Assembly (NCBI GenBank): GCA_016202975.1
Contig: JACQNR010000116.1
Span: 1-24,000, forward strand
Reading direction: 5' to 3'
DNA length: 24,000 bases
From: Acidobacteriota bacterium
GTDB lineage: Bacteria; Acidobacteriota; Terriglobia; UBA7540
The notes below the pieces were generated by a model. That model saw nothing but the letters and a program-made list of their open reading frames with translations, did not search any database and was not told where the DNA came from. Shown in pieces: positions 9,440 to 15,076 of the stretch. Every line of letters starts with the position of its first letter. Positions within the stretch are counted from its first letter, which is position 1. The position numbers and the translations under genes were made by a program.

Positions 9440-9928
9440 TTATTTTGGAAAAACTTTCTTCCGAAGGCGCTCTTCGACAACGGGTGGGACGAGTCCCTTC
9501 ACCGACCCGCCGTGCATGAAGATCTCCTTCACCAGGCGCGAACTGATGTGGCTGAAGGCTTCGGCAGGGGTGAGGAAGACAGTCTCAATTCCCGGTTCGA
9601 GGCCGCGATTGGTGAGTGCCATCTGAAGCTCATATTCATAATCCGAAAAGGCGCGAATGCCGCGCAGAATGGCACGCGCGCGCTTGCGCCGCGCTTATTC
9701 GACGAGCAGTCCGCCGAAAGTGTCTATCGAGACTTATGACAAGCCTTTGGTCACCGTCCGGAGCATTTCGACGCGTTCCTTTATGGTAAACAATGGTTGT
9801 TTATCGAAGTTCGTCAGCACAGCAACCACCAGGCGGTCAAACAACCGGCTGCCGCGGCGGATCAAATCCAGATGCCCGCGGGTGAGGGGGTCGAACGATC
9901 CGGGATAAATGGCGAGGACTTCGGACAT
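9440..9928 (-). pseudogene. coaD: Phosphopantetheine adenylyltransferase (CoaD) reading frame interrupted by two in-frame TAA codons
   Basis: Track ORFs 9734..9928 ([64 protein letters not shown]) and 9440..9622 (MALTNRGLEPGIETVFLTPAEAFSHISSRLVKEIFMHGGSVKGLVPPVVEERLRKK...) are in the same frame. My translation of the piece between them gives ...[47 protein letters not shown].... One frame of 162 codons matches CoaD end to end. It is broken only by TAA at 9736..9734 and 9697..9695. Confidence 0.85.
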
Positions 9929-9972
9929 GAGTGCAAAATCGGGCTCGGTAGAAATGCACTGTTCGAACGTTC

Positions 9973-10002
9973 ATTCTAGCGTCCGGTTCGCAGGGTTGTA
10001 AA
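9973..10002 (-). promoter_or_regulatory. Candidate sigma70-type promoter upstream of coaD
   Basis: On the minus strand: TTTACA (10002..9997), an 18-nt spacer, then TAGAAT (9978..9973). The overlapping palindromes GTTCGAAC (9961..9968) and GAACGTTC (9965..9972) sit at the predicted transcription start. Pattern match only. Confidence 0.3.
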
Positions 10003-10019
10003 CGGGATTCTCGCCGCTG

Positions 10020-10976
10020 CTAGAGCAGGGCTCCCATGCAACTGGAGCCGCTTCCCGCCGTGCAGCCGTAGCAATGCTGCCCGGTACGGATTTCGCGGCT
10101 CGCGAGCAGATAAGCATCGAAATCGCGAATATGATGCGGCAGTCCGTGATTGACACGCAGGCCGAGCATTTGGTTGAAATCGCAATCATAAAGCGTGCCG
10201 TCCCAGCCGACGCTCACCAAGCTCCGGCACATCAGGTCTTCGATCGTCGTGGGATTGAACTTCTCCTCCAGCAGCGCCATGTAAGTTTCATACTTGCCGC
10301 TGCGACTGAGGTCAGTGAGAAACCGGCTAATGGGCATGTTGGTGAGCGTGTAAAGGCGGTTGAAGATCACGCCGTGCTCGTCGCGCAGGTGCTGGTGGTA
10401 ATCTGCCTCGAGCGCTTCCTGCGGCCCGGGCAGATACGGCCCGACCGGGTTATAGACCAGATTGAGTTTCAGGCCGGTTTCCGGCTGGCCGTAGCCGTGC
10501 TGGTTCAGTATGCGCAGGGCTTCGATGCTTTTGGTGAAGACGCCCTTGCCTCGCTGTTTGTCCACGTTCTCTTCCGTGTAACAGGGAAGAGACGCCGTGA
10601 CTTCCACCTGCTGGTCTCGCAGGAAAGCGGGCAGATGTTGGTTGCCCTCGACGAAAAACACAGTCAGGTTGCAACGGTCGATAACGTGACGGCCCAGTGC
10701 ACGCGCCTCGCGTACGAGGAATTCGAAATTCGGATTGAGTTCCGGCGCGCCCCCTGTAATGTCGACCGTGTTGATGGTGTGACGGCGAAGCACGTCTATA
10801 ACGAGCTCTGCCGTCTGGCGTGTCATGATCTCGGTACGAGTGGGCCCGGCGTCCACGTGGCAATGCCGGCAAGTCTGGTTGCAGAATTTTCCGACGTTGA
10901 CTTGAAGCGTCTCAATGCCCGCCGCGCGCAGCGGCCACTGGCTGATTTCTACGAGCTTTGCTTCAAATGCAAGCAC
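10020..10976 (-). CDS. arsS: ArsS-type radical SAM enzyme (radical SAM / Cys-rich C-terminal domain family; Cys rather than Sec form)
   Basis: ...PLRAAGIETLQVNVGKFCNQTCRHCHVDAGPTRTEIM...TVDITGGAPELNPNFEFLV...LKLNLVYNPVG...FNRLYTLTNMPISRF...SVGWDGTLYDCDFNQML...GQHCYGCTAGSGSSCMGALL. It has the canonical CX3CX2C motif plus the Cys-rich tail typical of the family that NCBI names arsenosugar biosynthesis radical SAM (seleno)protein ArsS. The start is uncertain. GTG 10976 is preceded by AAGGGGA 6 nt upstream and is preferred. The track start is TTG 11021. Confidence 0.8.
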   Translation of the reverse strand: MLAFEAKLVEISQWPLRAAGIETLQVNVGKFCNQTCRHCHVDAGPTRTEIMTRQTAELVIDVLRRHTINTVDITGGAPELNPNFEFLVREARALGRHVIDRCNLTVFFVEGNQHLPAFLRDQQVEVTASLPCYTEENVDKQRGKGVFTKSIEALRILNQHGYGQPETGLKLNLVYNPVGPYLPGPQEALEADYHQHLRDEHGVIFNRLYTLTNMPISRFLTDLSRSGKYETYMALLEEKFNPTTIEDLMCRSLVSVGWDGTLYDCDFNQMLGLRVNHGLPHHIRDFDAYLLASREIRTGQHCYGCTAGSGSSCMGALL

Positions 10977-11066
10977 GCAAATCCCCTTATGCCTGGTAAG
11001 GGACGCCCTGTCGCACAACAAACTTACAAAACCGCGGAGAGATTTTACCGCACTCGGGAATCATTG

Positions 11067-12479
11067 TCACAACATGAAAACAAGCGCAACGGCGCCGGCG
11101 AAACTCGTGCCGGTGAAGTTGACGATGCCGTTGGTGACCAAGCCGCGACGTTCGATCGTTGCGCCGAGCAAGCTGTCGAGAAGATTCCCGGCAAGTGCCG
11201 CGCCCCATGCAAGGGCCGTTCCACCGGGCCCGCATAGGCCCAATCCGAAGCCTACGGCGACAACAATAGCCGAAGCCATAAATCCCGCCAGCGTGCCGCC
11301 TATAGACACTCCGCCGTCTTCTCCCGCGGGAACGGGTTTGAATGTTGTGATGAGGTAGGCTCGCTGCGAAAGCCATTGGCCGATCTCGCTTGAGACGGTG
11401 TCGCCTGCAGCCTCGGCAAAGGCAGCAACCAGCGCGACGAGAAACGCTGCTTCGTGATGAGTGGTGATGACGAGAACGGCGAAGAAAGCCCCGGCGAGTG
11501 AGTTTGCCGTCGCCTCACGCCAACTGCGCCGGCCGCCGCGCCTTTCCGCAACGCCCCGCTTCGCTTTGCTCGCGTAGCCGACCCGCGTGGCCAACGAACC
11601 GAGAACAAAGAATGCGAACAGAATGAGGAAGCTCTTCCAGCCGTAGCCAAGATATATGGCAACGCCCAGAAAAAATCCCGCGGCGGCGCCCGAGCGATCA
11701 ATGAATTTCAGCCCCAGCGCCAGCAGTGCGAAAAAGGCATTGATACCCACGGCGAAAATGGCGCGTTGGCTAAGGTAAGGCAGATTCGCTCCGAGGGCTG
11801 ACCATTCCATCAGGTAGGCGCAGAACAGGAAGCCTCCGGTTACGAGCGGGACCGAAACATTATCGTCAAGCCGCACCGGGACGCTCTCAACGAGCGCGCC
11901 CACGAGAGCACCTGCAATCGAAACGAGGAATGCTTTCTCCGCAGGAAATGCAGGTGCGACCCAGCGCGCGAGAACGTAAGCTCCAGCTGCTCCCGCAAGT
12001 GCGAACGCGAGAAATCCCGACCACCGCTTTTCGCTGTTCCAAGGCAGCGCAGGCCCGCGCAGCGATTCACCCGCCACGCTCGCTATGCCGTCTCCAAGCG
12101 CGAGAATTGCCCAAGCCGAAGCCGCCACGTGCAGGTGATGACGATAGAGAAGAATGAGCGCCAGCACGGAAATGGGATAAAGAACAACTCCGGTCCAGTC
12201 GCTGGTGGTTCGATCCCGTCCCTTGCGGAGGTCCACGGCTAATCGCGGAAGGAGAAAAATGTTGAACAGCAGCGCCAGAATCGCACAACCTGCTGCCTGC
12301 ACCCAGGTCAGAATGGGGAGAAGGAACGCAAACGCGAGCATCGAAATGTGGACCACCTTGCGAGTCGTGATGAGCGGTCGGCGGGCGATGGAAATATCGG
12401 TCGAAGGAGACATGTTAGTGAACGGAAGATTCAAGACACCAAAATGGAAAGTGAGTGCGACCCGGGTCCCAATTCCCAA
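11067..12479 (-). CDS. Polytopic membrane fusion protein: N-terminal phytol/dolichol-kinase-like (CTP-dependent polyprenol kinase, VTE5-like) domain + C-terminal DUF92 (TMEM19/VTE6-like) domain
   Basis: N-terminal half: ...WAILALGDGIASVAGESLRGPALPWNSEKRWSGFLAFALAGA...GALVESVPVRLDDNVSVPLVTG. This matches the GDGxAxxVG...LPxNxxKSWxG...VES.P...DDNxxVPL pattern of the phytol/dolichol kinase family. C-terminal half: ...FFVLGSLATRVGYASKAKRGVAERRGGRRSWREATANSLAG...AAFAEAAGDTVSSEIGQ...ITTFKPVPAGEDGGVSIGGTLAG. This matches the DUF92 pattern (...GGxR...ANG...ADTxxSExG...VxxGTxGGxSxxG). The protein is hydrophobic throughout. The start is uncertain, either TTG 12479 or ATG 12413. Confidence 0.75.
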   Translation of the reverse strand: MGIGTRVALTFHFGVLNLPFTNMSPSTDISIARRPLITTRKVVHISMLAFAFLLPILTWVQAAGCAILALLFNIFLLPRLAVDLRKGRDRTTSDWTGVVLYPISVLALILLYRHHLHVAASAWAILALGDGIASVAGESLRGPALPWNSEKRWSGFLAFALAGAAGAYVLARWVAPAFPAEKAFLVSIAGALVGALVESVPVRLDDNVSVPLVTGGFLFCAYLMEWSALGANLPYLSQRAIFAVGINAFFALLALGLKFIDRSGAAAGFFLGVAIYLGYGWKSFLILFAFFVLGSLATRVGYASKAKRGVAERRGGRRSWREATANSLAGAFFAVLVITTHHEAAFLVALVAAFAEAAGDTVSSEIGQWLSQRAYLITTFKPVPAGEDGGVSIGGTLAGFMASAIVVAVGFGLGLCGPGGTALAWGAALAGNLLDSLLGATIERRGLVTNGIVNFTGTSFAGAVALVFML

Positions 12480-12511
12480 TCTCTGGTTTCTTCAACGCAA
12501 ATAATTAATCG

Positions 12512-13486
12512 CTATTCCACCAAATCACCCACTGTTTTCCTCAGTCCTTCCTCGAGGGGCGTTACGTGATATCCGAGTTCTGCTGCGGCCTTGGCGCCCG
12601 AATACACCCAGTCGTGCTTGAAGGTTTCGGCCACGCCCGGTGTGAGTTGTGGCTTGTGACCGAACATGCTGGCGCGCATGACCTCCACGCCCCCCGCTAT
12701 CTTACCCGCCCAGAATGGCAGGTGCCGCGGTGGGCGCCGTACGCCGGTGAGTTCGCCGAGCACGCGGAAGAAATCGTTCAGCGACCGATTGTCGCCCGCC
12801 AGAATGTATTGCTGGCCAGTCATTCCTTTCTCAAGCGCCGCGAGATGCGCTGCGACCACGTCGGCATTGTAGGCAAAGCTCCAGCGCTGGTTGCCGTCGC
12901 CGAGCAGGCCGGGAAATTCCCCCGCGAGGTATTGGTCCACCATGCCGCCCACAAGGTTCCCTTCGGTTTTCGGGCCTGGCCCGTACATCACGCCGGGTAG
13001 CAATGTGACGACAGGATATTTGTCCTCCTGAGCGCGCAACCAGTCGAGCGCCTCGGCCTTGGTCTGTTCATACTCATTCGAATAGGGGCCACGATGGACG
13101 AGGCTCTCGTCGCCGGTCGCGTAATCCGAGGGCCCGAGAGCGATGAACGAGGAAGTATAAATGATTCGCTGGACGCCGGAATTCACCGCTGTCTGAAGCA
13201 GGTTTTGAAATCCCGCCACGTTGATCCGCCAAAACTCGCGTGGATCGCGCACCCACATTTTGACCAGCGCGGCGGTGTGAATGAGCTGTTCCACTCCTTT
13301 CAACGCGGTCCGCAAGGCAGCCAGATCCGTGATGTCGCCCACGGCGACCTCGCAAGGGGATGCCGCAGTACTCATCGGTAATCGCGCTGGATCGCGCACC
13401 AGGACGCGTAACGGCATCTTGCGCCCATTGATTTCGCGCGCGATCTGCGAACCGAGATAACCTGTTGCGCCAGTGAGAAGGATCAT
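12512..13486 (-). CDS. NAD(P)-dependent epimerase/dehydratase/reductase, extended SDR family (HpnA / dihydroflavonol-reductase-like)
   Basis: MILLTGATGYLGSQIAREI carries the Rossmann motif TGxxGxxG. Further features are ...IHTAAL..., ...IYTSSFIALG... and the catalytic YxxxK in SNEYEQTKAEA. At 324 aa it has the typical length of an extended SDR. Confidence 0.85.
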   Translation of the reverse strand: MILLTGATGYLGSQIAREINGRKMPLRVLVRDPARLPMSTAASPCEVAVGDITDLAALRTALKGVEQLIHTAALVKMWVRDPREFWRINVAGFQNLLQTAVNSGVQRIIYTSSFIALGPSDYATGDESLVHRGPYSNEYEQTKAEALDWLRAQEDKYPVVTLLPGVMYGPGPKTEGNLVGGMVDQYLAGEFPGLLGDGNQRWSFAYNADVVAAHLAALEKGMTGQQYILAGDNRSLNDFFRVLGELTGVRRPPRHLPFWAGKIAGGVEVMRASMFGHKPQLTPGVAETFKHDWVYSGAKAAAELGYHVTPLEEGLRKTVGDLVE

Positions 13487-13533
13487 TGCTTCATCGGCTC
13501 ATTGAACCATTGATTCATCGGACGGAGAAACTG

Positions 13534-13577
13534 GAAATTCGAAACTCGAGGACAGAGGTGCGCGAGTTTCCATTTTC
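13534..13577. repeat. Imperfect 15-nt inverted repeat in the UbiA-SDR intergenic gap
   Basis: GAAATTCGAAACTCG (13534..13548), a 14-nt loop, then CGAGTTTCCATTTTC (13563..13577). 13 of 15 positions are complementary and the inner 8 bp are perfect. It is built from reiterated GAAA(C/T) units. Confidence 0.6.
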
Positions 13578-13619
13578 GGGTTTCGATTCTCGCTTTCTTC
13601 CCTTCATCCAGCGATTGCC

Positions 13620-14516
13620 TCAATGACTCAATAGGTAAGCCCCTGCCAAACCCAAGTGTCCGACCATCATCATCCAGTACATGTGGTGCCAGGCGGGATG
13701 ATTTTCCCCTTCGGAGACGAGCCGGCGGGGATCCTCGTTCATGAGGTAAATAACGTACGACCCCCAGACGAGCATGATCGCTGCAAGCGCCAGGATAGCT
13801 GGCGCGCGCCCGCTCAACACGTGCAAAGCCACGCCTAGCGGCAAAAGAAGCCAGGGCACGATAAACGCCGGGCTGATGGCACGAGCGCTCCATTCGGCGC
13901 CATATCGAACTGGCAGGGTGATGCACCCGGCGGCGCGGTCGCCTTCAATGTCAGCGAAATCCTTGGTGGTTGTTGCCCCGAGGAGGAATACGAAATAAAT
14001 GCAGCCGATGTACCACGGCTCGATCGAAGTGAGGACGGTTGAAACCGCGGCCCAACCCGCAACCTTGAGCAGCCAACCGCGGATGAGAGCGATGATGAGA
14101 TTCGATCCCAAGGGGTCCCGTTTCAGGCGCACCGGAGGGGCCGAATAGGCGACGGTGGAAACTGCCGCGACGCAATAGATGGCAAAGGTCTCGCGATTGA
14201 CCAGCGCGGCCATCGCGAGCGCCACCGCATAAGTGATCGCGACAAATGTCCACGCAGGGCGGAGCGTCAGGCGGCCCGAAGGCAGTGGGCGGTGCGGCTT
14301 GTTGATGCGGTCGTTCTGAAGGTCGCAAATCTGGTTCAAGCCGTTGGAGGCGGCGTTGAGCACGCCTGCCGCAAGGACCGCAAGCGCCACGTGCACAGCG
14401 GGAAACTCGACGTGCGACGCGCCGTAACCGATGAGCGAGCCGGAAAATATCCCGACCATCGGCGGGACAAGCGTAAACGGGCGAGCGAAGGCCCAATAGA
14501 GGCGGAGAAAATTCAT
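13620..14516 (-). CDS. UbiA-superfamily membrane prenyltransferase (Asp-rich motifs NQxxDxxxD and KDxxDxEGD)
   Basis: MNFLRLYWAFARPFTLVPPMVG...NGLNQICDLQNDRINKPHRPLPSGRL (motif 1 at 14310..14336) ...LLGATTTKDFADIEGDRAAGCITLPVRYG (motif 2 at 13938..13964). The protein is multi-TM. ATG 14516 is preferred. The track start, TTG 14666, would overlap the upstream gene by 83 nt. Confidence 0.88.
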   Translation of the reverse strand: MNFLRLYWAFARPFTLVPPMVGIFSGSLIGYGASHVEFPAVHVALAVLAAGVLNAASNGLNQICDLQNDRINKPHRPLPSGRLTLRPAWTFVAITYAVALAMAALVNRETFAIYCVAAVSTVAYSAPPVRLKRDPLGSNLIIALIRGWLLKVAGWAAVSTVLTSIEPWYIGCIYFVFLLGATTTKDFADIEGDRAAGCITLPVRYGAEWSARAISPAFIVPWLLLPLGVALHVLSGRAPAILALAAIMLVWGSYVIYLMNEDPRRLVSEGENHPAWHHMYWMMMVGHLGLAGAYLLSH

Positions 14517-14583
14517 TCGCGACGTATTGTCGGATTTCTTGATGGGGCTTACAAGCGCAAATGCTTTAGATGAAAGGCAAACG

Positions 14584-15003
14584 TCATTCAGGAATTTCGA
14601 AGGGGAATGCGCGGCGCAAATGGGCGGGGCGTTTTTCGGGGTGGAATCCGGAATTGACGAAGGCAAGCCATTCTGCGATGTCGCCGGGATTTAATTCGCC
14701 GTCTTTCAAATCGACTCCGCCGTAGCTGTAGCGATCGCGGCTGTAAGGCACTAGGCTTCTTTTGTAGAAGAAGATAAGCGTATGGCCAGGTCGCGGGCTG
14801 AAGATCTTTATTCGACCCCGGTTGGGGAGACCCGAGGGAAGCCGGTCAGTGGCGCGAGCCTCAAGTCCCACTGCATCCGTGGAAATCTCGAAATTATCGC
14901 GTGACTGGTCGATCGTTTCACAGACGGCTCTCGCCACGGCGCTCTGCGCCAATTCATGTCGGAGCTTGGCTTGAACTTGGGGACTCGCTCGATTCAGGAT
15001 CAT
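14584..15003 (-). CDS. Hypothetical protein (139 aa), no family recognised
   Basis: An ATG-initiated ORF packed between the radical-SAM-like gene (73-nt gap) and the UbiA gene (67-nt gap) on the same strand. By eye its codon usage resembles its neighbours. It has no TM segment or signal peptide. Sequence: MILNRASPQVQAKLRHELAQSAVARAVCETIDQ...GGVDLKDGELNPGDIAEWLAFVNSGFHPEKRP.... Confidence 0.55.
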   Translation of the reverse strand: MILNRASPQVQAKLRHELAQSAVARAVCETIDQSRDNFEISTDAVGLEARATDRLPSGLPNRGRIKIFSPRPGHTLIFFYKRSLVPYSRDRYSYGGVDLKDGELNPGDIAEWLAFVNSGFHPEKRPAHLRRAFPFEIPE

Positions 15004-15076
15004 GGTACGGACTTAATACGCCAGAGAAGTTCTGGCACCCGATTGGACAACTCTTGCGCTCGGGGCAGGGATTCGA

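Noticed and set aside
4615-9626. Series of long + strand ORFs (4615..5169, 5179..6105, 6032..6988, 7422..8720, 8799..9626)
   Set aside because: All lie antisense to minus-strand genes with strong family motifs (phosphohexomutase, manC, manA, aminotransferase, coaD). Their translations are low-complexity Arg/Gly/Ala strings.
9695-9736. Genome-wide TAA stop-codon reassignment as the explanation for the coaD stops
   Set aside because: Neighbouring genes (enoyl-CoA hydratase at 4029..4031, manC, manA, the SYLF gene and coaD itself) end with TAA exactly where their families normally end. TAA therefore functions as a terminator in this organism.
10074-11237. 387-aa + strand ORF over the ArsS-type gene
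   Set aside because: It is the antisense shadow of the radical SAM CDS. No motifs are present.
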